A DNA stretch of 64,000 bases from a virus (Duplodnaviria; Heunggongvirae; Uroviricota; Caudoviricetes). Below the pieces are notes generated by a model. It had not been told where the DNA came from. It did no database searches and saw only the letters and a program-made list of their open reading frames with translations. Below, piece after piece: positions 24,543 through 35,602 of the stretch. Position 1 is the stretch's first letter. Each line of letters opens with the position of its first letter. Made by a program: the position numbers and the translations under genes. The stretch spans positions 15,019 through 79,018 of the IMG/VR virus record IMGVR_UViG_3300001525_000208; one strand, given 5' to 3'.

Positions 24543-25061
24543 TTATACCCTGCTTTTCAACATATTTATTTTATTATTAAAATAATCTTTTATATTTTTC
24601 TTTTCTATATCCGAAAGTTTATCAATTTCAGTTTGAATTGCTTTATCATTTTCTTTAAATCTAAATTCTTTTTGGAAATAAACTTCACATAAATAACGCA
24701 AATACACAGCTTCCTCTTTTTTATCAAATTGCTTAAAATAATATCTTATGTTTTTATATGTAAAATCTATTTTCCATTTAAGGTTAGATTTTAATTGAAT
24801 AACTCCTCGAAATCCTGATTTGTTATTTTTACATTTATCCATATTTAACTGATTATCTTCTTTATTTATAATTCGTAAATTTGTTTTACGATTATCTAAA
24901 GAATTTCCATTAATATGATCAATTTCTTTTCCGACAGGATTTCCTAGAATTAATCTGTGAAAATATTCTTTTTGTGAATTTTGATTGCCTGTAACTAAAT
25001 AAGGTTTTTCACCTTTATCTTTTAATACAGTTCTCCATTTAAATTGTTTTGCCTCTTTCAA
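24543..25061 (-). CDS. HNH endonuclease with AP2 DNA-binding domain (intron-encoded homing endonuclease)
   Basis: EIDHINGNSLDNRKTNL is an HNH motif and SGFRGV is AP2-like. The frame stays open upstream to about 25156. Confidence 0.7.
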   Translation of the reverse strand: MKEAKQFKWRTVLKDKGEKPYLVTGNQNSQKEYFHRLILGNPVGKEIDHINGNSLDNRKTNLRIINKEDNQLNMDKCKNNKSGFRGVIQLKSNLKWKIDFTYKNIRYYFKQFDKKEEAVYLRYLCEVYFQKEFRFKENDKAIQTEIDKLSDIEKKNIKDYFNNKINMLKSRV

Positions 25062-25158
25062 ATTATCTTTGTCGAATAAATATGTATATAATACATTTCC
25101 ATATTGATCATATGTATCAATTTCACACTTATCATCTAATATTCTTATTTCATTTGGA

Positions 25159-25320
25159 TCAAAAAACTCCTCTTGAATTTGAATCTAAATTATGACCAAA
25201 TTTAGTAAATTGATGTAAATGTTTCTTACATAAACACATATTGAATTTTTTACTAAAGCTAACAATTTTTTCATTTGAAGAAATTCCACAAATTTCGCAA
25301 TACCTAATAACTTTTCGCAT
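25159..25320 (-). CDS. Small Cys-rich (zinc-ribbon-like) ORF inside the nrdD intron (53 aa)
   Basis: MRKVIRYCEICG...CLCKKHLH. Its stop overlaps the open upstream extension of the HNH frame, offset by one frame. Confidence 0.3.
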   Translation of the reverse strand: MRKVIRYCEICGISSNEKIVSFSKKFNMCLCKKHLHQFTKFGHNLDSNSRGVF

Positions 25321-25588
25321 ATAAATATAAATTAAAATAATAATAAAGGGATTAGACTATACAATCATCTAAAATTAGATGCACCTTGGTAGTCGTTGAG
25401 AGCTTCCTTATAACTATATAAATATACGTTTATAATTTTGGGATTCCACAAAATTACAGTAGTTAATTGGCTATCTCTGCTGATTGTCCAATTTTTATAA
25501 ATTTTATTTAAAATTATAAAACTCTAAGGATTTTCCAGCATATTCGGTGTTTTCTATAAATATTACTATTTATAGGGGCAATAGGTTT

Positions 25589-27635
25589 ACCCACATAATC
25601 TTCTTATAGCATATAATTGATGCGGATTAACTTCCCCACAATTAGGGCAACTAAGTTTACCTTCAGAATCCATATGAATTTCTCCTTCATACCCACAAGT
25701 ATAACATACATCACATGAAGTAGTGTTTATTTCACAATACATCATATTATCATATATACACTTAAGAATATTAAGAATAGCTTCAGGATTCTTCCTTACA
25801 TCAGAACATTCTACGTAGCTTATGCTGCCTCCTGATGAATATTCTTGAAAAGGAGCTTCAAATTCTATCTTTGAATAACCATCAATAGGATATGTAACAG
25901 GAATATGATAACTATTAGTTATATAATCTCTATCATTTACCATATACTCTTGAGGAAATTGTTTCAAAGCTTTAGCAAAAGTAGTTGTCGTACTTTCAGC
26001 GGGAGAACCATATAAAGATAAAGCTAATCCGTATTTTTCTTTATTGTAATTGGCTCTATCATACATATGTTTAATAATATCTAACCCCATTTGTTGTCCT
26101 TCTTTAGTAGGATATTCTTTTCCAAAATGATATACACATTCTGAAATTCCCATATATCCTATAGAAGCAGAACAATATCCATCTTTAATTGCTTCACCTA
26201 TTTTAGAACCTCTAGGCAATCTTGCAAAAGCACCGTAGTTCCATAAAATAGGAGCAACATCAGTACTTGTTTCAGAGATTTGACTATAAATTCTAAATTG
26301 TTCAGCTGAGATACTATCTATGATAGTATCTAATTTACTTAAGAAATCATTATAATCTTTAGATTCTAATGCAAAGTAAGGTAAATTAATAGAAATGACT
26401 CCAACGTTTAATCTGCCCCAAAATTTATAATTTCCTTCACTATCTTTCCAAGGATGAAGGAAGCTGCGACATCCCATGCTTGGAAATACATTTCCCTCTT
26501 TATATTTCTTCATTATCTTAGCAGAAATATAATCAGGTACCATTCTTTTACAAGTACATTCAGCTGCAAGTTGAGTCACATAATAATACTTAGTATCAGA
26601 TGTAATATTATCTTCATCAAGTACATATAGAATTTTAGGAAAAGCAGGATTAATATTTTGTCCTGTTGGACCTTTCATTCCTTGTATTCGTTGTTTAAAC
26701 AACTCACATATGAGAGCTACATTCTCTTGAACATACTCTTCATTCTCGTGTATATAACAAAATACTGAGCAGAAAGGGGATTGCCCATTTGTACTCGTCA
26801 TTGAGTTGAGTTGATACAACAACGTTTGCATCGAATCTTTAATTTCTTTCTCTAATGCTTCTTCTACTAATTGCTTTTTAACGTAGTCAGGGATAGTATC
26901 ATAGCTTCCGAAGAATTTTTCATAATACTCTTTACTAATTCTTACAAACGGCGCTAAATGAGACAAGGTAATACTATTTCCACCATATTGACTTGAACTT
27001 ACCGCTGTAAGTATTTGAGTTGCAATTGTAGTAGCTGTTCTAAGACTGTGAGGCTTTTCAATTTTCTTTCCGTTAACTACAGTACCATTTTGAAGCATAT
27101 CTTCCAAATTAATTAATGAACAATTTGTAATACCATGCATAAAACGATAATCTGTATCATGGATATGAACTGCACCTTTTTTATGCAATTCTAATAGTTT
27201 AGGATCACATTCTACTTCTTTATAAAGTTTTTTACATACTTCGCCAGCAATAAGATCACGCATCACATTAAATTGTTTTGCATCCTTATTACCATTTTCA
27301 GTAGTTACTTCATTAGTTTTACCTGAAACTATTTCTTCTATAGTTGTATTGAATTTACTATTATCTGATAGATTTCTAGCTAAAGCGTGTTTATATCTAT
27401 AAAGAATATACTCTTTAGCTATATCAGGATAATCAAAATCCATTAGCAGTTCTTCTATCTGATCTTGAATTTCTTCAACACTAATATCTTCCCAGATAAT
27501 TACTGAATTTACAATGTCTTGTAACGTTTCATTTGATATTACAACATTACAAGACAAAAAAGCCTTTTGAATAGCAGAATATACTTTCCGCTTATCAAAA
27601 GGCTCTTTTGTTCCATTTCTTTTTAAAATGTTCAT
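25589..27635 (-). CDS. nrdD: Anaerobic ribonucleoside-triphosphate reductase NrdD, exon 1
   Basis: Length about 680 aa. C-terminal Zn ribbon CDVCYTCG...CPNCG. It ends ...AIRRLCG immediately before an intron-borne TAA, which truncates the conserved RxCGY glycyl-radical motif. Confidence 0.8.
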
Positions 27636-27704
27636 AAAATTTAATATTTAATTGTTATAAAAATACTATATTAAATATAACAATTAAATATTAATTATCA
27701 AAAT

Positions 27705-28472
27705 TTAAAATATTCCAAGAATTTGCTTTACAAGAAGTGTTTTCTCGCACACATTGAGCAAATCTCGTTTCATAGAATCTGTGAGAATTTGAGTAAATGC
27801 ACTATATACATTATACATATCTGTACTAGGTTCAGTTACATAATAACGGGATTTCTTATCAGCGAACAACATTTCGTAAGCATCAGTTGGTGTAGTCTTA
27901 GAGATTTTTACTTTTCCAAAACCAGTATCTAGATTTGCTGAAATAGCATTCTTAGTCCAATTTCCTAATTGTTCACTAGTATTTCTATAAGAACAGTCAA
28001 ATGGAGTATTCTTAAGTTTAGTAATAAACTTAACTGTATCTTCTATAGAATCCATAATTTTAAGAACAGGACTATAATTTACAGCAGTACTAGGTTCAAG
28101 AGGACTACAACTAAGTTGATCAGGAGAAAATACGCAGAGGTTAGTACATACGTTATCTAAAGCTCCTGAATAAAATTTAACTACAGGTTTCTTAACATCA
28201 ATTCCGTAAACCATTCCTACTACTTGAGAATGATTTGAAATAGTCAATTCTTCAGGAAGAACTGCTTGTACTACTACTCTATTATATACATTCATAGTAT
28301 CATCCTGATCTTTAGTAAGTTGAGTAGGTAACTTAACTTGAACTCTAAAATCAGTAGTATATTTTTGCATACGTTCAAGAAAAGGTTCTACATAGGCAGC
28401 AGTAGGATAATATTCATTATCTTTAATAACTGTTGCTTTTCCCAAAAGAAGTTCGTCGAGTGTAATTTCCAT
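27705..28472 (-). CDS. Hypothetical protein
   Basis: 255-aa ORF with no recognised motifs. Confidence 0.4.
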   Translation of the reverse strand: MEITLDELLLGKATVIKDNEYYPTAAYVEPFLERMQKYTTDFRVQVKLPTQLTKDQDDTMNVYNRVVVQAVLPEELTISNHSQVVGMVYGIDVKKPVVKFYSGALDNVCTNLCVFSPDQLSCSPLEPSTAVNYSPVLKIMDSIEDTVKFITKLKNTPFDCSYRNTSEQLGNWTKNAISANLDTGFGKVKISKTTPTDAYEMLFADKKSRYYVTEPSTDMYNVYSAFTQILTDSMKRDLLNVCEKTLLVKQILGIF

Positions 28473-28672
28473 TAGTCGTTATTATTTTGATTTTTAAGAT
28501 ATTCTTCGAGAGTTTTACGATCAATCTTTTCCAATGCCATACATTGTGCTTTAGAAAGATATTCTGTACCATTATAAGTTACAGGTTTACAATTTTTGTT
28601 TGCTTTGTATACTCCAAATGCATACTTATTTACTTTTTTAGCCATAATATTGATAAATTAAAATGTTATTAA

Positions 28673-30232
28673 TTACATGTTTTCAAAAGTTCCACTAATG
28701 AGATGTCCGTTTTTAATAATATCATAAGACATACCCCAAGAGTTTCGACTGTAATTATATGAACTATAATCAGAAGCTCCAAATAGACTTAATACATTAC
28801 GATATGTAAATTTCTTACAACTATTCATTGAATTAGAATGTAAGTCACCCTTAATAATATGAATATTATCTCCAGTTATCCCTTCTGAATCTAACCACTC
28901 GTATATGAGTATTTGAGTTTTATCATTAAGATTCAAAGGCATAGGTTTCTTCATGTATGCATCTGCCTTTCCGTGCATTCCTAAAAATTGGTGATCGCCT
29001 ACTTTAAAATATCCGTAGAATTTTTCCCACAATGTAGTTTTAATATTAGGATCTAATACGTTCAAAGCATACATCAATGCACGATTTGCCATATATTCAA
29101 AGTTTCCACCATGATTACCACAAGGTACTGAATATACACTAATACTATTACATAAATGTTTCAAAGAATCTACAAACCAAGTCATAATAGAAAGAAAACT
29201 ATTAGCTTGTTGTCTAGGATCCATATTTTCAGGCATTTCGTGATCAAGTCTTGCAGTTCTACCTGCAATACCAGCACAGTCTATATTATCACCTAAAAGC
29301 ACTACATTTATGTGTTCAAATGCTCCAAAATCTGTAATGTTCTCTAATATATAATTAAGTCTTCTACGAACTTCTTCATCGCCATAATTAATATTTTCTG
29401 AATATAACGTTCCACTTGTTACAGCTGCACCTATATGTATATCAGAAACGTACAAATTAAGAACCTTTTCTTCTGTAGTGGATTTATCATATGTAAATCC
29501 AAAATCAATTGATTGTTCAGAAGGATGAATAACTTCAACTTTAAAAGAAGCATTCTCAAGCTGTTTTTTTAATTCAATATTCTCTTGAGCATACTTTTTA
29601 AGAAGTTTTTCATTATTTTTAATTTGATCTTCCTCAGCTTTACGGAGAAAACTATTTTCCTTTTCTCTAAGTTGAATTTCACGTAATTCTTCTTCAGTGT
29701 GTTCTTCATACATAAAAGAAGCAAAAGGTCCTGAAGCTTTAGTAATATTAAAAGCTCTCAAAATACGTTTGAAATCAACTAAAGATAAATCCGTAAAATG
29801 TCTTGCTACAACGCGTTGAGTTAAAGAATCACCGTAATATGAATACAATCGATAAATTGTATTCATTTCCTCTCTACTAAAAGTACCTGTAAGAGGTGCT
29901 TTATTTCTTTTATATATCTTATAAGAATAAGATATTATTCTACCATCTTCATTTCGATTAAGAGATATTTCAGATCTATCGTCAGTATCAATAATTTCTT
30001 CAGATACATCAGAAGGTTTATTTTTCTTAGATGTTATTTTACAAGAATCATATAAATCTAGTATCTTTTTAGATTCTTCATCAAGAACTCCACGTTTCAC
30101 GTCTTGAATTATATCGTAAATACGTTGTTCTGAAATATTGTTTTTCTTGCAATAATTTCTAATAGATTGTCCTGATTGTTTAATATCTCCTAATAGTTTT
30201 GTAATTTTAGTAATGGTAGATTTTCTAAGCAT
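28673..30232 (-). CDS. Protein with an N-terminal HTH and a calcineurin-like metallophosphatase domain
   Basis: N-terminal HTH-like SIRNYCKKNNISEQRIYDI. Metallophosphatase motifs LYVSDIHIG, LLGDNID and GNHG. Confidence 0.5.
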   Translation of the reverse strand: MLRKSTITKITKLLGDIKQSGQSIRNYCKKNNISEQRIYDIIQDVKRGVLDEESKKILDLYDSCKITSKKNKPSDVSEEIIDTDDRSEISLNRNEDGRIISYSYKIYKRNKAPLTGTFSREEMNTIYRLYSYYGDSLTQRVVARHFTDLSLVDFKRILRAFNITKASGPFASFMYEEHTEEELREIQLREKENSFLRKAEEDQIKNNEKLLKKYAQENIELKKQLENASFKVEVIHPSEQSIDFGFTYDKSTTEEKVLNLYVSDIHIGAAVTSGTLYSENINYGDEEVRRRLNYILENITDFGAFEHINVVLLGDNIDCAGIAGRTARLDHEMPENMDPRQQANSFLSIMTWFVDSLKHLCNSISVYSVPCGNHGGNFEYMANRALMYALNVLDPNIKTTLWEKFYGYFKVGDHQFLGMHGKADAYMKKPMPLNLNDKTQILIYEWLDSEGITGDNIHIIKGDLHSNSMNSCKKFTYRNVLSLFGASDYSSYNYSRNSWGMSYDIIKNGHLISGTFENM

Positions 30233-30270
30233 TTTTCAATGTTGTAAATTAAGCTGTTAAGCTGGTAAAA

Positions 30271-30300
30271 ATAAAAAAGACGGAACTATAAAGTCCCGTC
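30271..30300 (-). terminator. Rho-independent terminator for gene 30337..30888
   Basis: The minus strand reads GAAGACGGGACUUUAUAGUUCCGUCUUUUUU: a GC-rich hairpin followed by a U-run. Confidence 0.6.
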
Positions 30301-30336
30301 TTCAATTCAATTATTATATTATAAACGTATTGGTAA

Positions 30337-30888
30337 TTAAGCTTTTACACCAAATACCATGTAAGTTCCAACGTGATGTGCCTTTGAAGGAGTATAATTA
30401 AGTTCAAAAGCTACAGGTTCACCTTCAGTTACTTGCTTCGTGTAAGTACAGATGAGATCACCCTTGAAATCACGCTTTGTATAGAGTTCCTTTGCCATAC
30501 GCTCAGCAACAGTCTTGGTTTCAGTGGTAGAAACAAGTACCTTACCGGTAGCCTTATCCATAACTTGATAAGTAGTAGTGTACTTACGCTTACCCTTTTC
30601 ATTCTTACGATTTACTACAGTGTAAGGACGTTCACGAGTATCAGCAACAGCCGCATCAATAGTAACTGCAAAACCTACATTAGGAGCATTCTTAGACTTC
30701 TTTGCAAGATAGTCAAGACAGAACTGCTTTACATCAGCTTCAGTAATAGCACCTGTCATTTTGCTACGCCAATTCTTGTAAGCTTGGGTAGCGTCACCTT
30801 GAATGAAGAAAGGTGCCTTTTCAAGTGCTTCAGCCTTAGTAGATCCAGTTACTTCGAGTTTCTCAAAATTCATAAAATTTGCATTCAT
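30337..30888 (-). CDS. Hypothetical, probably abundantly expressed protein (higher GC and codon usage than its neighbours)
   Basis: Local GC is about 38% against a background near 28%. It has a strong terminator and an upstream palindrome gtcatc-N5-gatgac at 30927-30944. Confidence 0.45.
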   Translation of the reverse strand: MNANFMNFEKLEVTGSTKAEALEKAPFFIQGDATQAYKNWRSKMTGAITEADVKQFCLDYLAKKSKNAPNVGFAVTIDAAVADTRERPYTVVNRKNEKGKRKYTTTYQVMDKATGKVLVSTTETKTVAERMAKELYTKRDFKGDLICTYTKQVTEGEPVAFELNYTPSKAHHVGTYMVFGVKA

Positions 30889-31396
30889 AATTGTAAAAAT
30901 TTAAAACATTAATTCATATTGTCATCTTTGTGATGACTTCATAAAACAAATATACTATCTAGAAATTAAAACCCAAAATCCATAAATTTTTTTAGGATTC
31001 TGAATTCTCATTTATTGATTCTTATACTAATATATACCTCAAAAATTAGAATTCCAAATTCTTAAAAATGAAAATTTATTTTAAAAAGGAATATATTTTA
31101 AAAGTATTTCTCTTACTGTATTTACCATTTCCTTAGGTGGAACTTCAAAAGTGGGAAATTCTTTACATCCGTAAGAGAAATCTTCGCATACTACAGCAAG
31201 TCCTTTTATGAAATCTTCAGGTAAGAAATCATTTTTAAGAATATTTCTAATAATCTGATAATGTGTAACTCCTGATTTCTTTTCTTTAGCTTTATTTGTT
31301 ATATAATTTATTAAAGATATTAAAGCAAACTTAGTTTTAATATCTGTATTAATAAAACCCAATGAAAAATAATCAGAATACATTTGCCTCATTTTA

Positions 31397-32431
31397 TCAT
31401 ACGGAGGCGAAGTGCTTATATCTGGAGTCTGTTGCAACATAATATCCTACTAATTTAGTTAAATTTATAAATTCATGAAATCCTTTCAAAAATAACTTTT
31501 TAGTCATAGGTACTACTTTAGTATAATATTGAGGAATAGTAGAAACAACTAAGAAATTACTCTTAATAGTAGGATTTTCTAAATTATAAAATTTAGAAGC
31601 ACATAATGAAAGCAAATAACTATACATTCCCATTTCTCGATAATAACGAAAAGTATAAATTGCTTCATTAAAGATATTTACCATTTTTCCTGTTGTCTTT
31701 AAATCATTAACTGTAATAGTATTAGTATCACAATCAATCGAAAAGTTATCTAATTTAGATTTCAACTTTAAAATAAATGGTTCATAATCTTCTACTTGTA
31801 CTTCTACATCTAATAAGATTGTTTTCTCATTAGCAACTATAGGCTCTTGAATTAAACCTGTAGGATGTAATAGTTCTTGAATCTTATTATTAGAATCTAA
31901 TGCTTTTAAACAAGCTGAAAGTCTTTCTCTATTCTTCGGATCAAGATAAATTGGTATTCTAGAATCAATATTTGAAGATTCAAATTCGTATCTATTTTTC
32001 CAATAATCTTTACATTTTTCTTTTAGAGCTTCTAATTTAGAATTATTAAAAGTAGTCTTATAATATTCATATTTAGAAGCTGCTTCAATTAATTTAGAAT
32101 CAGAAGGAAATTCACCTGTTTTATTATAAACATAATCTGCAATATATCCAGCTTTACTTGTTGGTCTGTCAACAGATTCACAAATAAAGAAACTTTCAGG
32201 TTGTAATACTAATTCGTGACACGCTGAACCAAAAACTAAACTGTCAGAAAAAGCATTAAAGCCTCCATTAAAGAATTTCTCAGGACTTCCATCTTGACTA
32301 GGATTAATTAAACCTAATCTAGAATTAGAAATATAATTAGAATATTTCTTAGAGAAATAAATTTCATCTGAAATATCTTCTAATTTAAGAGTTTCTATTA
32401 ACGGTTTAATTTTTATTTTTTCTAAGTTCAT
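31397..32431 (-). CDS. Hypothetical protein
   Basis: 344-aa ORF. Confidence 0.4.
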   Translation of the reverse strand: MNLEKIKIKPLIETLKLEDISDEIYFSKKYSNYISNSRLGLINPSQDGSPEKFFNGGFNAFSDSLVFGSACHELVLQPESFFICESVDRPTSKAGYIADYVYNKTGEFPSDSKLIEAASKYEYYKTTFNNSKLEALKEKCKDYWKNRYEFESSNIDSRIPIYLDPKNRERLSACLKALDSNNKIQELLHPTGLIQEPIVANEKTILLDVEVQVEDYEPFILKLKSKLDNFSIDCDTNTITVNDLKTTGKMVNIFNEAIYTFRYYREMGMYSYLLSLCASKFYNLENPTIKSNFLVVSTIPQYYTKVVPMTKKLFLKGFHEFINLTKLVGYYVATDSRYKHFASV

Positions 32432-32946
32432 AACAACTTCGAAAAATCATCAAAAGCTGACATCATAAATAGCTCATAAGCGTTCTCAATTTCATCAATT
32501 TTAAGACTATTTACGCGTCCTACAGGACCCCAAAATTTATTAGTGGGAGAATCCATCAACAGACATGGAATACCTTTTGTATTCAAGTCTATAAAATTTT
32601 TAATTGAGTCATCTATGAAAACATCAACTTTACCTTTTAAAGCATCAGCTTTACTTAAATGATACCCAGGAACTTGGTAAAGTGGACTAAACAAATCATT
32701 ATTGGTCAAATACTTTTTAGTCCACCTTTTATTATTTACTCTAGCGCTACAAAACAGTCTTGGTTCAAAATTTGGTAATTGTAATACAGGTAATTCTAAC
32801 CAAAAATCCCTTTCGTGTATTAAAATATTATTTACATTTCGAGTAATAGCCCAATCATATTTTGGCCATTTTTTAAATCTTTTTAGATAACCGTAATCCC
32901 AATCTGCAATTACATTATCTATATCTAAACCAATTCTTAATTTCAT
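32428..32946 (-). CDS. HAD-superfamily 5'(3')-deoxyribonucleotidase-like phosphatase
   Basis: N-terminal DxDxV motif (LDIDNVIAD) and C-terminal FIDDS. Confidence 0.55.
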   Translation of the reverse strand: MKLRIGLDIDNVIADWDYGYLKRFKKWPKYDWAITRNVNNILIHERDFWLELPVLQLPNFEPRLFCSARVNNKRWTKKYLTNNDLFSPLYQVPGYHLSKADALKGKVDVFIDDSIKNFIDLNTKGIPCLLMDSPTNKFWGPVGRVNSLKIDEIENAYELFMMSAFDDFSKLL

Positions 32947-33735
32947 TACATTAATTCAACATCCATAATTTCTCCTAAAAGAAATCCACAATCGTAAGCT
33001 TCGTCTAGAAACTCTTCCCAATCACTACAATAAGGAGTATCATGGTCTCTAGCAAATTTTGAAATGTATTTGTCTTTAGCTTCATTCATTGAACGAGCCA
33101 TAACATAATCTGTCCAAACAACATTTTCATTTAAATCAGCTACAGCTATTATATATTTATTCATATCTTAGTTATTATAAGATTTAAGTAATTCGTAGAA
33201 AAAGTTTTTATCAATCATAACCAATTCACCAGCACTGCTCATATTTACTTGGCCTTCTTTAACTTCTTGACGATTCCACATTATTACAAAAGGTTTATCT
33301 TCAAGAGGACAAGCACTTCTAATTTTAAAATAATTAGGAGTGTTGGTAGTACATTTAAGTTGACAATAGAAAGGTAATTTATTTTCTGTATCTACTAAAT
33401 CAACTTTCATATCATCCATTCTTTTGGACTGACTTCTAGATGTTACAACACCTGTGTAACCAAGTTCATTTAATTCGTGAGCTATTTTCAATTCATAGTT
33501 GTTACCTTTACTTTTAGAATAAGAACCTGAACGTCTTTTCTTTTTTGCTTTTTCTTGGTCACAAAGCGGACATCCTGAATGAGTTAATACTTTTTTAGCT
33601 ATTTGATGAACTTCTCCGTGAATAGGACATTTATAAATTATGTCTTTATCTAAACCCTAATAATTACTTTCTGAAAAATCAAATTTATCTCCGTGTTTAA
33701 GCTTTACCTTTTCAACAAAAGACTCTATAGTCTGT

Positions 33736-34740
33736 TTAGCCATTGTTTTTAAGTTTTAAAATATTTGTTTTTAAAAATTCTATTGTTTTTTCTCTTCCGT
33801 ATTTCTTATAGAAATCACTAATATCTTTAGCTTTAAAAGTATTTGGAATAAAAAAATAATTTAGTTCAGGATAAGAATGTCTTATCTTTGCTAAATTGTA
33901 TTTACCTGCTCTATCATTATCATAGTGAACTACAATATATTTGAACCGAGATTTTAAATCGTCTAATACTTTTTGTTCTAAAAATAAAGTTTCTGAATTA
34001 GGAGCAATAGCAGTAATTCCTAAAGAATAATAAGTCATTGTATCTTTCATGCTTTTAGTAATTACTAAAAGTTTACCTTCTTTAGGAAGTTGTTTGAAAC
34101 CTTGTATTTTCTTTGCAGGATAATTACCTAAAAATCTATAAGATTTTCGTTTAGGAAAATACATTCTCCATAATTCAATGTCCTTTTGCTTTCCTCCATA
34201 ATATCCGTAAATTGGACAATTTTTAGAGGAAGTACTTATTAAACTACCATTAAGAAATACGTTTTTACAAGAATAAACATTAAATTTCTTTAAAATTTTT
34301 AATGTAATACCATATTTAGACCACCATTCAAGTTCATCTTCCGAAAACTCTTTTATTTCTGCTTGTAAAAATGTACTACCTTTAGTATCTATTTCTTTTA
34401 CAGGAATAATTTTTGTTTTCTTTACAACTTGTTCTTCTATTAGATTAAAATCACTTGCAATTATTTTTAATGCTTTATAGTAAGAACAATTATATTTTTC
34501 CATTACTACATTAAAACAATTATAATGTTTATTAGTAGCAAAATCATGGAAATAAACTATCCCTGACTTAGATTTATAAACACCACAAGTAGGATTTTTA
34601 TCATCCCTAAAAGGAGAAACAAAGAGTTTTTTAGTTTCTATTGCAAAACCTAAATAATGACTTAATATAGTTTCTTGATTGACTTTAGATAATATAAAGT
34701 CTTTAGTGATTTTTGATCCTATACTAAAATTAAAATCCAT
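33736..34740 (-). CDS. DNA primase (Toprim domain)
   Basis: N-terminal Cys/His zinc-binding region. Toprim-like LLVITKSMKDTMTY ... VVHYDNDRAGK (DxD). Confidence 0.55.
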   Translation of the reverse strand: MDFNFSIGSKITKDFILSKVNQETILSHYLGFAIETKKLFVSPFRDDKNPTCGVYKSKSGIVYFHDFATNKHYNCFNVVMEKYNCSYYKALKIIASDFNLIEEQVVKKTKIIPVKEIDTKGSTFLQAEIKEFSEDELEWWSKYGITLKILKKFNVYSCKNVFLNGSLISTSSKNCPIYGYYGGKQKDIELWRMYFPKRKSYRFLGNYPAKKIQGFKQLPKEGKLLVITKSMKDTMTYYSLGITAIAPNSETLFLEQKVLDDLKSRFKYIVVHYDNDRAGKYNLAKIRHSYPELNYFFIPNTFKAKDISDFYKKYGREKTIEFLKTNILKLKNNG

Positions 34741-34825
34741 ATCTTTCTAATTAGAATTTTAAATTTAGTATTATTTTAAAACAAAAACAAGGATACTAAA
34801 TAAGTACCCTTGTTTTATATTTTAA

Positions 34826-35602
34826 TTAGAGAATGCTATCAAAATCAATATCACTAGTATCTGTGGAAGTTACTTCAGGTACTAATACAGTATCAGCATT
34901 TGGAGCTATAGCTGACATTACAGTAGGCTTAGCCGTCTTATATGCGGCAGCTTGACGTGCTTCATAATCAGAGAATTCTACATTATCTCCAATAAAATTA
35001 TTACGAACATAGCAATTACCTTCCTTACTAATACCACAAACGTTAGGAATTTGTGCGTAAACAGTACCGTTATTATTACGTCCAGTAAGTTTCAATTTAG
35101 TTTTAGCACCTTTCTTAGCATTTGCTACAGTAAGTACAAGCTTGATAAAGTCTTCCATCGTTTTAATCTTCGCAGCTTGGATTTTAAGTTTTTCATATCC
35201 CGAAGGATTAACTACAGCTGCTACCTGAAGCAATGTCCATTTAAATTCCTCAAATCGAGAAGGCATTTCATATTCATGACCATCCTTGTTAGTAATAACC
35301 TTACGAGTAATATCTTCTTGAGTTGAAGGAATAAATAGATTAGTAGAAAATTTACCTTTCTCTCCACTAAAGCTAAGCTTAATTGTATTATAAGTAGCTT
35401 CAGGGTCTTTCTTACCTTTCATTGTAACTTGTTCCAATCCATCAAATGTTACATCATAAATGTCCCAAGGTTTAAGAGCACCCGATTTACTAATTGCTGA
35501 ATTTTCACTAATACCTCTAAAATCAAGATTAAGATCCATGTTAAATATATTTTTAAAATTAAATATTAAAATCAAAAGAAGAAATTTCTGTAGTATCTTC
35601 AA
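34826..35602 (-). CDS. Hypothetical protein with a hydrophobic N-terminus
   Basis: 258-aa ORF. The N-terminus MKILQKFLLLILIF is signal/TM-like. Confidence 0.35.
   Translation of the reverse strand: MKILQKFLLLILIFNFKNIFNMDLNLDFRGISENSAISKSGALKPWDIYDVTFDGLEQVTMKGKKDPEATYNTIKLSFSGEKGKFSTNLFIPSTQEDITRKVITNKDGHEYEMPSRFEEFKWTLLQVAAVVNPSGYEKLKIQAAKIKTMEDFIKLVLTVANAKKGAKTKLKLTGRNNNGTVYAQIPNVCGISKEGNCYVRNNFIGDNVEFSDYEARQAAAYKTAKPTVMSAIAPNADTVLVPEVTSTDTSDIDFDSIL

Larger units (their letters stand above)
24539..25588 (-). mobile_element. Group I intron (1050 nt) in nrdD carrying an HNH-AP2 homing endonuclease
   Basis: Minus-strand elements:
- P-like AATATGCTGGAAAA (25521-25534)
- Q-like CAATCAGCAGAG (25475-25486)
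- R-like CTCAACGACTACC (25388-25400)
- S-like TGTATAGTCTAATCC (25348-25363)
The 5' splice site follows U of ...TGT GGG U|AA. The 3' splice site is ...AAAUG|AUAUAGG.... The apparent TAA stop of the 682-aa ORF lies in the intron. Confidence 0.7.
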
